Shown here one piece after another: positions 17,586 through 27,659 of a DNA stretch of 64,000 bases (its first letter is position 1; each line of letters begins with the position of its first letter). The notes beneath the pieces are model-generated. The model saw only the letters and a list, made by a program, of their open reading frames with translations, did not search any database and was not told the DNA's origin. This DNA comes from Candidatus Gastranaerophilales bacterium HUM_9 (GTDB taxonomy: Bacteria > Cyanobacteriota > Vampirovibrionia > Gastranaerophilales > Gastranaerophilaceae): the NCBI GenBank assembly GCA_002103075.1, contig DABG01000018.1:400836-464835 (forward strand), written 5' to 3'. The position numbers were made by a program, and so were the translations under genes.

Positions 17586-18332
17586 TTACATTATATTATC
17601 TAAGCCATACACAAAGTTTTTGTTCTCAACTGCGTATCTAGTTGCAAGAAGAACACCTGCCATATAGCATTCACGGTTCATAGAGTCGTGTCTTATTGTC
17701 AAAATTTGTCCAGATGCACCTAGTATAACCTCTTGTGATGCAATATATCCAGGCATTCTAACTGAATGAATATGAATATTGTTATATGAATTTGCACCTC
17801 TAGCACCTTTTATTGTTTCTGTTTCAGGGCAGTTGCCTTTTGTGAAATCATTATTGTTTTCAGCCATCATTGCAGCTGTTTTTACAGCTGTACCTGATGG
17901 AGCGTCTTTCTTTTGGTTATGGTGAAGTTCAATGATTTCTGCATTATCAAAATATTTTGCCGCCATCTTTGAAAACATCATCATCAAAACAGCACCTGTT
18001 GAAAAATTAGGTGCAATAAAACAAGCTGTTTTATTAGCTTCTGACATTTGTTTAAGTTCTTCTATTTGTTCGTCTTTTAAACCAGTTGTGCCGATTACAA
18101 TATTTATTTTGTTAGACAAACAGTATTTTGCATTATTATATATTGAGTTTGGTTGAGTAAAGTCAATTAAAACGTCGATTTTTTTTGAGTTATGAGCTTC
18201 TTCGATTGTTGTGAATTCACCCTCAAAAATATCAATCTTGGCAACAAGTTCCATATCTTCTGCATTGTTTACTGCATTAACAACTTCTTTACCCATTTTC
18301 CCGTTTGCACCACATACTGCAACTTTTATCAT
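17586..18332 (-). CDS. dapB: 4-hydroxy-tetrahydrodipicolinate reductase
   Basis: VAVCGANGKMG is present along with the signature ELHHNQKKDAPSGTA. Confidence 0.95.
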   Translation of the reverse strand: MIKVAVCGANGKMGKEVVNAVNNAEDMELVAKIDIFEGEFTTIEEAHNSKKIDVLIDFTQPNSIYNNAKYCLSNKINIVIGTTGLKDEQIEELKQMSEANKTACFIAPNFSTGAVLMMMFSKMAAKYFDNAEIIELHHNQKKDAPSGTAVKTAAMMAENNNDFTKGNCPETETIKGARGANSYNNIHIHSVRMPGYIASQEVILGASGQILTIRHDSMNRECYMAGVLLATRYAVENKNFVYGLDNIM

Positions 18333-18472
18333 AATAGCCTCTTTTCTTTTTATAAATTTAATTGCTACAAGTATTACACAATTAATAAGAAAAATAAAGC
18401 CTTAATTTATAGACAATTAGGGGAAGAAATTTAACCTTAAAAACTAATAATAAAAATAAAAAAGGAGAAAAT

Positions 18473-18703
18473 ATGATAGAACTATTTATGTTGGATTATT
18501 GCGGATATTGTCAAAAGGTTATGGAATACTTGAATATTCACAAAATACCCTACAAAAAGATTGACATATCTGATAAAGCAAACGAAGAAGCTCTAATAAG
18601 AATTGGTGGCAAACGTCAAGTACCTTTTATTGTAGATAAAGAACACGGAATAGAAATGTATGAGTCTAAAGTTATTATTGAATATTTAAAAACTTTGAAA
18701 TAA
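18473..18703 (+). CDS. Glutaredoxin-like (NrdH/Grx) small redox protein
   Basis: A 76-aa ORF with a CGYC active site and the RQVPFIV cis-Pro region. Confidence 0.8.
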   Translation: MIELFMLDYCGYCQKVMEYLNIHKIPYKKIDISDKANEEALIRIGGKRQVPFIVDKEHGIEMYESKVIIEYLKTLK

Positions 18704-18743
18704 AGTTGGTATTTTCTATCAAATTTTTATTATTACTTACAAA

Positions 18744-19310
18744 TTAGTTTTTGTAAAATCCTGATGTGTAATAATCAAAACCTTTGAGCTCACCAGATTT
18801 TTTGTAAACAGGTGTAAATGCAACTTTGAATACTCTATCACTGCATTTTTTGTCTGCCAACTCAACAGATTTGTCATAATATCTGTTCACAGCATTAATT
18901 GTTTCAAAAGAGTTTGGGTATCCTGTTCTTTCAATGCTTTCACGCTTTGCTTTTCCGATTGCCTTACCATAGTTTTCGTCAATAAACTTTGCGTCCTTAC
19001 CTGTAATCACACGGATAAATCCCTCACAGCTATTTTTTGCCTTTTTATAAACAGCTCTTATTTTAGGAATATTAAAATAGTCAACATCTCCGCCAACTCT
19101 TTTTCCAGTAGCGTCAATTTGACCATATTTGAATGTGTCAACCAAGTCCATATTGCGTTTTTTTACACGTTTAGAGTTGTTCAAATGTGCTTCAACATAG
19201 TGAAGACATTTTTTCATGTTTTCGTCAGAAACAATACGTCTGCCATCATTCGTATAAAAATACATTTTATACGAGCTATTAAAAGATTGGTTGTCGCCTG
19301 ATATACGCAT
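18744..19310 (-). CDS. Hypothetical lysine-rich protein with MRIS N-terminus
   Basis: A 188-aa ORF beginning 5 nt after the stop of the upstream gene. Its start ATGCGTAT is shared at nucleotide level with the 2081-aa and 602-aa genes. There is no signal peptide. Confidence 0.6.
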   Translation of the reverse strand: MRISGDNQSFNSSYKMYFYTNDGRRIVSDENMKKCLHYVEAHLNNSKRVKKRNMDLVDTFKYGQIDATGKRVGGDVDYFNIPKIRAVYKKAKNSCEGFIRVITGKDAKFIDENYGKAIGKAKRESIERTGYPNSFETINAVNRYYDKSVELADKKCSDRVFKVAFTPVYKKSGELKGFDYYTSGFYKN

Positions 19311-19315
19311 AATTT

Positions 19316-19801
19316 TTATTCGTTATGACCTGTTTGCCAACGGTGGTCGATATCAGCTTTTTTAGCGTTTGCATTCAAGTTTGCTATGAATAAATGATAT
19401 GCCATAACTGTTAAACCAACGGCACCTGCAATAACTTTACCCTTTGTTGAAATAGCTTTTGGTGCTTTTTTAACGACATTTCTTATTGCATCAACACCAA
19501 TTACGCCTACAGCTCCAATTCCGCCATAAGCTAAGCCCTTAAATGTGCCTTTGATGTACTCTCCAGTGGTAACTATTGCTTTTTTAAAGTTTGTATACCC
19601 GTTTTTAAATCTTTGCCATAAAGATTTTTTCTTTTGTGGTTCTTCTGTTGTTTTGTTTTGCACTACGACTTCATCGCTTGCAGGCTCTGTTTTTGTTTCT
19701 GGTTGAACATTTCCTGTAAATGTCGGAGCTTGAGTAACTCTTGATGCGTTACTACGCATTGTGTCAAAAACGTTGTTTTGGGTATTTAATGTTACTGCCA
19801 T
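19316..19801 (-). CDS. Hypothetical membrane protein with MAVTLNT N-terminus
   Basis: Two predicted TM segments (GLAYGGIGAVGVIGVDAI, VIAGAVGLTVMAYHLFIANL). I prefer the ATG at 19801 (AGGTGA 5 nt upstream) over the GTG at 19810 used in the track. Confidence 0.6.
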   Translation of the reverse strand: MAVTLNTQNNVFDTMRSNASRVTQAPTFTGNVQPETKTEPASDEVVVQNKTTEEPQKKKSLWQRFKNGYTNFKKAIVTTGEYIKGTFKGLAYGGIGAVGVIGVDAIRNVVKKAPKAISTKGKVIAGAVGLTVMAYHLFIANLNANAKKADIDHRWQTGHNE

Positions 19802-19942
19802 ATACATCACCTATTTCACTACACACTTACTTAAAAACATGAAACTACAATTATTTGCTAGTTTTTAACAAAATTTTACAATAAATGAAGCAAAATTTTC
19901 TTATATGTTACAATATATTATAAGAAAATTTTAGGAGAAAAG

Positions 19943-20299
19943 ATGAATACTGTAATAATTGTTGGTAGAGTTGGCAAAGATGCAGAAATTAAAGACTACG
20001 AATCAGGAAGATCACGTACAACGTTTTCTTTAGCAGTCAATCGCTGGGATAGCAAAACAGCATCAGAAGTTACTGATTGGTTTAACTGTGAAGTTTGGGA
20101 TATAACCAATGATTTGAGTTCATCAGGCAAAAAATCTCGTGCTAGATTAGCGTATGAATATATCAAAAAAGGACGTCTTGTTGCTGTAGATGGTCGTATT
20201 AGAGCTAATTCTTGGCAAGACCAATCAGGTGAAAATAGATTGTCATATATTATTACAGTTTCAGATTATAGATTATTAGGTTCAAAGAAAGAGTCATAA
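19943..20299 (+). CDS. ssb: Single-stranded DNA-binding protein (short form, no acidic C-terminal tip)
   Basis: OB-fold text VIIVGRVGKDAEIK...TFSLAVNR...TDWFNCEVWD...GRLVAVDGRIRANSW. The protein ends LLGSKKES. Confidence 0.85.
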   Translation: MNTVIIVGRVGKDAEIKDYESGRSRTTFSLAVNRWDSKTASEVTDWFNCEVWDITNDLSSSGKKSRARLAYEYIKKGRLVAVDGRIRANSWQDQSGENRLSYIITVSDYRLLGSKKES

Positions 20300-20300
20300 G

Positions 20301-21614
20301 ATGAAATTATCTAATATTGTGGGAATTATAGCCGATGATTTGACTGGTGCTAATGATACAGCACTTCAATTTAAAAAATGTGTTGCGGAAACAAAAATTT
20401 TGTTAAATCCAACTGTTCCGCCAGTAAATGATTATAATACAGAAGTATGGGCGATTTCGACTGAATCTAGAAATGTCGCTCCCGAAATCGCCCAACAAAA
20501 GATTAAGTCTGCTTTGAAAACACTTAATACTAATCTTAATCTTGAACATTTTTATAAAAAAATAGACTCTACGATAAGAGGAAATATCGCAGTTGAAACT
20601 CTTACTATGTTAGAAGAACTTGATTATGATGTTGCAATAATTATTCCAGCTTTCCCAACTGAGGGTAGAATAACTGTTGGCGGTTATCATTTATCAAAAT
20701 GTGTTCCTATTGGTAGAACTGAAATGGCACGTGACCCGCATTCACCAATCACGGAGTCACACGTTCCAACATTGTTTAAAACTCAGCTTGGTCCAGATAA
20801 GGCGGATTTGGTTGCAACTCTTGATTTAAAAACAATTATGAATGGTGCAGGTCCTATTCTTGTTAAAATAAATGAGCTAGTAAAACAAGGTAAAAAACTT
20901 ATTGTTGCAGATGCTGTGAGCCTTGTAGATATTGAACAAATAGCTCTTGCTATCAATAAATCAAGTTATAAAATTTTGCCTGCGGGAACTGCTTCAACAG
21001 GTCGAGCTCTTGCAAAGCAGTGGCTTGAAGAACAAGATGCCTCAGTAGAATGTGAAAAAATTACTGTACCTAAACTTCCTAAATTGATTGTTTCAGGAAG
21101 TGCAACGCATATAAATTCTACTCAGATTGAACATCTTGAACAAAGTTATGATTATGACAACTTAGTATTTTTATCATTAACTCCTAAAAATATTATTGAT
21201 GGTGTGACAGATGACGTTATTAACCATATTGTTGATAATTTGATGAGAGAAAATACTGTAATTGTTCATTCTTCAAAACTCTTGGAAAATTTTGACGGGT
21301 TCTCTGATGATTCGTTAAAAGAAGAATTGACAAGACCGAAGTTTGCAATCAAGATTACTGATTATCTTGCAGAACTTACAAAACGTGTTCAAGAAAAGAT
21401 AAACATAATTTTGATATTATTGGGTGGTGAAACCTCGTTTAAGTGTTGTAATGCAATTTCTGCAACTGAGTTAACTATGTTAGATGAAGTTGCTCCTGCG
21501 ATTGCACTTTGTCATGATGAACATAATCAGTTGATTATTACAAAGTCTGGGAATTTAGGTACTCCAAAAACATTAATAGATATTTTACATTATATAGAAA
21601 AACATGAAGTATAG
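20301..21614 (+). CDS. Four-carbon acid sugar kinase family protein (DUF1537; OtnK/DtnK/YgbK-like)
   Basis: The N-terminal IIADDLTGANDTALQF signature is present and the length is about 430 aa. It overlaps the adjacent pdxA-family gene. Confidence 0.8.
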   Translation: MKLSNIVGIIADDLTGANDTALQFKKCVAETKILLNPTVPPVNDYNTEVWAISTESRNVAPEIAQQKIKSALKTLNTNLNLEHFYKKIDSTIRGNIAVETLTMLEELDYDVAIIIPAFPTEGRITVGGYHLSKCVPIGRTEMARDPHSPITESHVPTLFKTQLGPDKADLVATLDLKTIMNGAGPILVKINELVKQGKKLIVADAVSLVDIEQIALAINKSSYKILPAGTASTGRALAKQWLEEQDASVECEKITVPKLPKLIVSGSATHINSTQIEHLEQSYDYDNLVFLSLTPKNIIDGVTDDVINHIVDNLMRENTVIVHSSKLLENFDGFSDDSLKEELTRPKFAIKITDYLAELTKRVQEKINIILILLGGETSFKCCNAISATELTMLDEVAPAIALCHDEHNQLIITKSGNLGTPKTLIDILHYIEKHEV

Positions 21615-22527
21615 TAATAAAATAGCAATAACAACAGGTGATATAAACGGTATAGGTACAGAGGTTACGATTAAGGCACTTAATAGTCTTGATATTGACC
21701 CTGAAAAGATTGTGCTTATTACTAATAAAAAATCATTAGAATTGTATCCAAAATTGAATAAGGATTATGAAATTATAGATATACCTTTTGAGGGTGAGGT
21801 TGAGTTTGGAAAACTTACAAAAGCGTCAGGAGAGTTTTCTTTTCAGGCTTTGAAAAAAGCGTGTGAGATTAGACCTAAGTTTATTGTGACAGCACCTATT
21901 TCCAAAGAAGCGTTTTATCTTGCAGGACACAAGTTTAATGGTCAAACAGAGGTGCTTGAACATTACTTGGCAAAAGGCGGACAAAAAGCTGAAATGTTGT
22001 TTGTATCAAATGGGTTTAATGTATTGTTGTTAACAAGACATTGTGCATTAAAAGATATAAAGATATCAGAAGAAATGATAATTGAAAAAGTCGAGCGTTT
22101 ACAAACTTTTTGGAAAAAACATTATAAAAATTCTATTCCAAAATTTGCTTTGTGTTCATTGAACCCACATGCTGGAGAGGGCGGTATATTGGGTGATGAG
22201 GAAGAAAAAATTATTATTCCTGCTATAAACAAATTGAGAGCAAATGGGATTGATATAACCAATCCATTACCGGCAGATACATTGTTTATTGAAGCAGGGC
22301 AAAATTATATTAAGGGTAAAAAGGCTCCGTATGATTGTTATATTGCGATGTATCACGATCAAGGATTAATTCCGATTAAGACTGTTGCGAGTGAAAAAAC
22401 AGTTAATATGACAATTGGATTGGATATAATAAGGACGTCACCTTGTCATGGCACAGCTTTTGATATTGCAGGTAAGAATGTTGCAAACCCACAATCAATG
22501 ATTGAGGCTATTAAACAGGCGTTATAA
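21604..22527 (+). CDS. pdxA: PdxA-family 4-hydroxythreonate-4-phosphate dehydrogenase (PdxA/PdxA2)
   Basis: TGDINGIG, NPHAGEGG, MYHDQGLIP and IRTSPCHGTAFDIAGK motifs are present. Confidence 0.88.
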   Translation: MKYSNKIAITTGDINGIGTEVTIKALNSLDIDPEKIVLITNKKSLELYPKLNKDYEIIDIPFEGEVEFGKLTKASGEFSFQALKKACEIRPKFIVTAPISKEAFYLAGHKFNGQTEVLEHYLAKGGQKAEMLFVSNGFNVLLLTRHCALKDIKISEEMIIEKVERLQTFWKKHYKNSIPKFALCSLNPHAGEGGILGDEEEKIIIPAINKLRANGIDITNPLPADTLFIEAGQNYIKGKKAPYDCYIAMYHDQGLIPIKTVASEKTVNMTIGLDIIRTSPCHGTAFDIAGKNVANPQSMIEAIKQAL

Positions 22528-22540
22528 TAAACATATCAAG

Positions 22541-22747
22541 AATTGTAGGTTGGGGTTTCCACCCCAACAAAATATGTTCAGATGTTCACAGGGATTCCAC
22601 GCTTTCTTTAAAAGATATTTGTTGCACGCTCTGAATGACATACCTAGTGTCATCCAGAGGGAGTGAAACGACCGAAGGATCCCCCTGAACATACAGAATT
22701 GTTGATTTATGGATTACTGCACTTAATATATTGCATACCGTGAGTGG
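22541..22747. repeat. Mosaic extragenic palindromic repeat cluster D
   Basis: Modules in order: aattgtaggTTGGGGTttccACCCCAAcaaaa; ..cagggattccacgc...gcacgctctgaatgac; gtcatccagagggagtgaaacgaccgaaggatccccctgaac; ..ttatggattactgcacttaatatattgcataccg. The cluster abuts the stop codon of the 633-aa gene. Confidence 0.9.
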
Positions 22748-24649
22748 CTACGCACTTTCTTCTTCTTGCAATTCTTTGATATGCATTTGAACAATTTGTG
22801 GTGCGTTATTTATGTAAGCTGGGTGAAGTTCTACATAAGTCAATAATTTTTGGTCGTTCATGTAGTTGTATTTATTCATGAACGAACGAACTTTTTCGTT
22901 TGCATTTAAGTACAATTCGCCTGACGTATTATTATCCATTGAATCAAAGAATGCCAAAATTTTCGGCTTAAACTTGTCTGGAATATTAGTGTAGTTTTCA
23001 ATAAGTTTGTTCATTGAAGAGGTGAAGTTATTCTTGAACGCTGATTTTGTACGTTGATATTCGCCCATGGTCATTCCAGTACCTTTGAAATCAAGATATT
23101 CTTGAACATTGCTGAATGATTCTTTGTATTGTTCTGGAATTTCAATCTTATTGACTGATTGTTGTTCTTGATATTGTTGAGAAGCCTCACGCAATTCATT
23201 GACATAGCTTATTTGAATAGCATTTTGTTGGATTGGGTTTGTCATCAAAACTTCTGCATTTGGGTTAGTTCCAGAAGTTTCTTTTGATGGTTTATCAGCA
23301 GTTGTTGAATTTCCTCCTTTTATAATTTCTGCTGAATTTTCTACAATATTATTTAACATAGCTTTTCTTGTTTCATCATTTGTGTTTTCAGAAACGTATT
23401 TTGCTATATTATTTAATCTATCAACATAATCAGCGTTATTTTGATAAAGTATTGTTAAATGTTCTGCATCAGCATTTTGCATAACTGTTTGCATTGCTAA
23501 TGCTTCAAGTGTTGAGTCACTTTCTTCATTAGACTGGTAAGTTTCAGAATATTTGTTGGCTAATTCCATTAAATATTCTGGTGACATGTCTTGACCTATT
23601 GACATAATGTAGTTTAAAGAATCGTTATCTTTAAACAATGTTTCCATATATGATTTAGCAACAATTGCGAAGTTTTCTTCATTTCCATCTTCAATGTTTT
23701 TGTGTGCTATTGTCAACACAGTTGCCATATATGACTGTGTTACAGAATATTTCGCTAATAGTTGGTAATCATCTTCTGACAAATTGTCAAAGTCAAATTT
23801 ACCAGCGTACATTTCACGTTCTTTATCAGTTACTCCTTCGGTTTTTAAACGTTCGAGTTCTAAATTATACTTACTATTTTCATTAGACTCGTCCATGTCC
23901 GCAGTGTACTTTTTATCCATTGATTTGGCAAGCAAAGTACCTTTTTGCTTCCAGTTAGCATTATTCCATTCTTTTTCCGAAACGCCAATATCTTGTGCGA
24001 CATCATTCAAAGACATTTCACTATAATGCATATCTGCTTTGCTAAAATCAACACGTTGTTTGATTAATTCATTAAGCATTTCGTGACGTTGTTCGTGTGT
24101 CATTGAATTATATTTGTCATACAGAATCTGTACATCAGTTGAATCTGCATTGATTCCACTTTTGTTTATTAAGTATTCAAATTTTTTCTCACTTATACCT
24201 AAATTATCTTCGTTGGTTTTTAAAGAATTTGTTGCTGTTGTAACTTGTTTAGATTGTTTTGTTTGAGTGTTTTTAGCCACAGCGTCTGTTTGCACATTTT
24301 TTGAAACTTTTTGAGCAGTAACAGCCTTTTTAGTATCTTTAGTGGTATTTTGAGATACAGCTTCTTTTTCTTGGGTTTTTGTTTTTTCTGATTTAGGTTT
24401 AATACCTAGTTCTTTTTCTGAATATACATCATATTCGTTTTGTGATATAACCTCATCGCCATCAGTATTATATTTTGTAAATAAGCTGCTTAAAGAAGTG
24501 TTAGCTGAGGCTTCTGTTTTGGTTAAACCAACACGAAAAATGCCTGCTGACTCTTGTTCTTTGGGTTGTATGTTTTGTGTATTACCTGAAGTTGTTTGTT
24601 TGTCGGTCTTTTGTAGTATTTCAGGATTTGTATTCATTTCTGAAATCAT
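22748..24649 (-). CDS. Lineage-specific 633-aa protein with one EF-hand-like loop
   Basis: A long ORF with the N-terminal loop NTDGDEVISQNE, a K/T/Q-rich linker and no signal peptide. Confidence 0.7.
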   Translation of the reverse strand: MISEMNTNPEILQKTDKQTTSGNTQNIQPKEQESAGIFRVGLTKTEASANTSLSSLFTKYNTDGDEVISQNEYDVYSEKELGIKPKSEKTKTQEKEAVSQNTTKDTKKAVTAQKVSKNVQTDAVAKNTQTKQSKQVTTATNSLKTNEDNLGISEKKFEYLINKSGINADSTDVQILYDKYNSMTHEQRHEMLNELIKQRVDFSKADMHYSEMSLNDVAQDIGVSEKEWNNANWKQKGTLLAKSMDKKYTADMDESNENSKYNLELERLKTEGVTDKEREMYAGKFDFDNLSEDDYQLLAKYSVTQSYMATVLTIAHKNIEDGNEENFAIVAKSYMETLFKDNDSLNYIMSIGQDMSPEYLMELANKYSETYQSNEESDSTLEALAMQTVMQNADAEHLTILYQNNADYVDRLNNIAKYVSENTNDETRKAMLNNIVENSAEIIKGGNSTTADKPSKETSGTNPNAEVLMTNPIQQNAIQISYVNELREASQQYQEQQSVNKIEIPEQYKESFSNVQEYLDFKGTGMTMGEYQRTKSAFKNNFTSSMNKLIENYTNIPDKFKPKILAFFDSMDNNTSGELYLNANEKVRSFMNKYNYMNDQKLLTYVELHPAYINNAPQIVQMHIKELQEEESA

Positions 24650-24781
24650 AATAAAGCTCTTTTTTTCTTCTAGTACATGTATAAAAAGTGTTTAAAATGC
24701 ACTGAATTTCATGGTTTTCATGATTTGTTACATTTGTAATATTTGGTGATAAAATAGAATTATATAATAAGGAGTAAAAAT

Positions 24782-26065
24782 ATGGTTAAATCAATAATAT
24801 TAGCAGCAGGTAAAGGTACAAGAATGAAGTCAGACACTCCAAAAGTGTTACATCAAATTTTTAATAAAACACTTTTAGGTTATGTAATTGATGCTGTTAA
24901 TAATACTAAATTGGCTGATGAAAATTACGTTATTGTTGGTCATCAGGCAGAAAAAGTTGAAGAATATGTAAATGAACATTATGATAATGCAAAAACTGTT
25001 CTTCAATCACCACAACTTGGTACAGGTCACGCTGTTAGTATGGTTTGTCCATATTTAGAAGATTTTGAAGGTGAAGTTATTATTTTATGTGGTGACACAC
25101 CTTTGATTACTTCAGATACTCTAAAAACATTTATTGCAGGTCATAGAGAATTAAATTCTGATATAACAGTAATGAGTGCTGTTTTTGATAACCCTACAAA
25201 TTATGGAAGAATTGTTAGAAATGCTGATGGTTCACTAAATTCAATTGTGGAAGAAAAAGATGCAACAGTTGAACAAAAGGCTATCAAAGAAATAAATGCA
25301 GGTATATATTGTTTGAACTGGGCAAAGGTTAAAAACTCATTCTCTCAATTGAAAACTAATAATGCTCAAGGTGAGTATTATTTAACAGATATTATTAAAT
25401 GGGGTAATGAAAACGGACTTAGTGTAAATGCTCATATTCTTGAACGTAATGAAGAAATATATGGTATAAATTCTAAAATAAATCTTGCAGAAGCAACAAA
25501 GATTATGAATAATAGAACACTAAATCGCTTGATGTCAGAAGGTGTTACTATTGTTGACCCATCATCAACTTGGATTGATGAAGAAACAGAAATTGGAAAA
25601 GATACTATTATTTATCCATCTACTTATATTGAGGGTAAAAATAAGATTGGTTCACATTGTAAAATAGGACCTTTTGCACATTTAAGAGGGGACGTTGTTC
25701 TTGAAGATTATGTAAAAGTAGGAAACTTCGTAGAGGTTAAAAAGGCAACTATCAAATCTCATACTAATGCTTGTCATTTGACATATATTGGAGATAGTGA
25801 AATCGGCTCTAATGTAAATATTGGTGCTGGTACGATTACTGCAAATTATAACCCATTGAACAAGGTTAAGAGTAAGACGGTTATCAAGGATAATGTAAAA
25901 ATTGGCTCAAACTCTGTTCTTGTAGCACCTGTAGAGGTTGAAGAAGGTGCAAATGTTGGTGCGTTGAGTATTATTACTAAAGATGTTCCAGAATGGTCTT
26001 TGGCTATTACAAGAGCTCCAATGAAAGTGTTTAAGGATTGGGTTAAAAGTAAACTTGGCAAATAA
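24782..26065 (+). CDS. glmU: Bifunctional UDP-N-acetylglucosamine pyrophosphorylase / GlcN-1-P acetyltransferase
   Basis: LAAGKGTRMKSDTPKVLH and GTGHAV are present, followed by C-terminal left-handed beta-helix hexapeptide repeats. Confidence 0.92.
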   Translation: MVKSIILAAGKGTRMKSDTPKVLHQIFNKTLLGYVIDAVNNTKLADENYVIVGHQAEKVEEYVNEHYDNAKTVLQSPQLGTGHAVSMVCPYLEDFEGEVIILCGDTPLITSDTLKTFIAGHRELNSDITVMSAVFDNPTNYGRIVRNADGSLNSIVEEKDATVEQKAIKEINAGIYCLNWAKVKNSFSQLKTNNAQGEYYLTDIIKWGNENGLSVNAHILERNEEIYGINSKINLAEATKIMNNRTLNRLMSEGVTIVDPSSTWIDEETEIGKDTIIYPSTYIEGKNKIGSHCKIGPFAHLRGDVVLEDYVKVGNFVEVKKATIKSHTNACHLTYIGDSEIGSNVNIGAGTITANYNPLNKVKSKTVIKDNVKIGSNSVLVAPVEVEEGANVGALSIITKDVPEWSLAITRAPMKVFKDWVKSKLGK

Positions 26066-27167
26066 TATGAAAAAACTTGAGGACTTCAAAGAAGAGATAC
26101 ATCGCTGTTCAAAATGTGGAATTTGTCAGCATGCATGTCCTGTTTATCAAGAATTGGGCAATGATTGTGCTGTGTCTAGAGGTCAGTTTATTATGCTTGA
26201 TGGCGTGATAAAAGGTGACTTGAAACTTAATAAGAATATTAATAAGTATCTGGATTTATGCCTGAAATGTAATAAATGTAAGTCTGCATGTCCTACTGGA
26301 ATAGATGTTGTTCAGATTATTTTGAGTGCAAAATATGAATATTTGAAAAATACTTTTTGGGGAAATTTAGAAAATGCTATGTATTCGTTTTTGGAATCAA
26401 AGTTTGTTTTTGATAATTTTTTGAATTTTGCAGGCATGATTTCACGATTGTTTAGACCAAAGAAAAATCAAAAAAAATTGGAGTGTTCTCGTGCAAAAGC
26501 TGTTTATTGGGGCGGTTGTGTCGAAAAATTTAGACCTGATGTCAGAGATTATGTGATTGAATTATTGAACAAGATGAATATTGAAGTGATTGATGTTGAT
26601 TTAGGTTGTTGTGGCATGCCATTTTTATCAACAGGAAATCTTGATAGGTTTGAAGAACAAAAACAAGAAAATCTTAAGAAACTTGAAGAGCTTGAGTATG
26701 ATTTTATTGTGACTGATTGTGCAAGTTGTGAATACGTTTTAGATGAACTTTATACAAATGGTGATTTGAAAAAAAATGGAAAGTTAAAGAGCATTTATGA
26801 GCTTATCGCTGAAAGCGATTTAGAGTTTGTCGCTAAGAAGCCGGTGGCTATTACTTATCATAAACCTTGCCATGAAAAACATTCTGATGAGATTAAAAAA
26901 GTTATTGAAAAATGCAAGAACGTAGAATATAAAGAGATGAACGATTATGATAGTTGTTGTGGTCTTGCAGGGTTAGAACATTTATCAACAATTAAAACTG
27001 TTTCTAGAATAATAAAGAAAAAAGGGCAAAATATTTTAGATGTCGGAGCTGATATTCTGACTACGAGTTGTGTTGGGTGCTTTGTGGCTACAAAGATTTC
27101 TACTTTGTTTAAACAAAAAACAAAGAGGTTGGTAACGTTTTTGAAAGAAGAATGCCGTTGTAAGTAG
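26055..27167 (+). CDS. (Fe-S)-binding CCG-domain protein (GlcF / LutA / HdrD-like)
   Basis: Two ferredoxin-type clusters (CSKCGICQHACP, CLKCNKCKSACP) and two CCG motifs (GCCGMP, SCCGLAG). The start may instead be the ATG at 26067. Confidence 0.8.
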   Translation: MANNMKKLEDFKEEIHRCSKCGICQHACPVYQELGNDCAVSRGQFIMLDGVIKGDLKLNKNINKYLDLCLKCNKCKSACPTGIDVVQIILSAKYEYLKNTFWGNLENAMYSFLESKFVFDNFLNFAGMISRLFRPKKNQKKLECSRAKAVYWGGCVEKFRPDVRDYVIELLNKMNIEVIDVDLGCCGMPFLSTGNLDRFEEQKQENLKKLEELEYDFIVTDCASCEYVLDELYTNGDLKKNGKLKSIYELIAESDLEFVAKKPVAITYHKPCHEKHSDEIKKVIEKCKNVEYKEMNDYDSCCGLAGLEHLSTIKTVSRIIKKKGQNILDVGADILTTSCVGCFVATKISTLFKQKTKRLVTFLKEECRCK

Positions 27168-27297
27168 ATTTTGATGATATTTTATACGTCATCCTTACAA
27201 TCTTATTTTTCATGAATTTATGTAAAAAATACTTCATTTAGTTGATGTTTTTTATAAAATAGTGCAAGATAATACGGTAGAGGGGGATTGTAAATAG

Positions 27298-27654
27298 ATG
27301 TTTGATAATTTGGATTACGAAATAATATCTAAAACACAAACTAATAATAAGATATTGCAAGATACAGTATCTGATGATTTGTTTGCAAAAACAATCTCTT
27401 ATTCAGGTATACAAAACAATTTTCATATTGATATACCTGAGATTTTGAGTTATGAAAAACAGTTAGAAGACCGTAAAAATGATATTAAAAAGTTTACTGA
27501 GCTTGCAATAAGTGATGTTGAGAACCTTTCTCATAATGATTTAGTCATGGAGATTTATAAAAACGATTTTTGTGGCTCAGAATTTGAATCAGAAATTTTA
27601 TCAGAACTATCAAATAATGAAAAATTGTTAAAAGATTTGGGTTTGGAATATTAA
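27298..27654 (+). CDS. Hypothetical acidic protein
   Basis: A 118-aa ORF preceded by gaggggg. No motif recognised. Confidence 0.5.
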   Translation: MFDNLDYEIISKTQTNNKILQDTVSDDLFAKTISYSGIQNNFHIDIPEILSYEKQLEDRKNDIKKFTELAISDVENLSHNDLVMEIYKNDFCGSEFESEILSELSNNEKLLKDLGLEY

Positions 27655-27659
27655 AGAAA

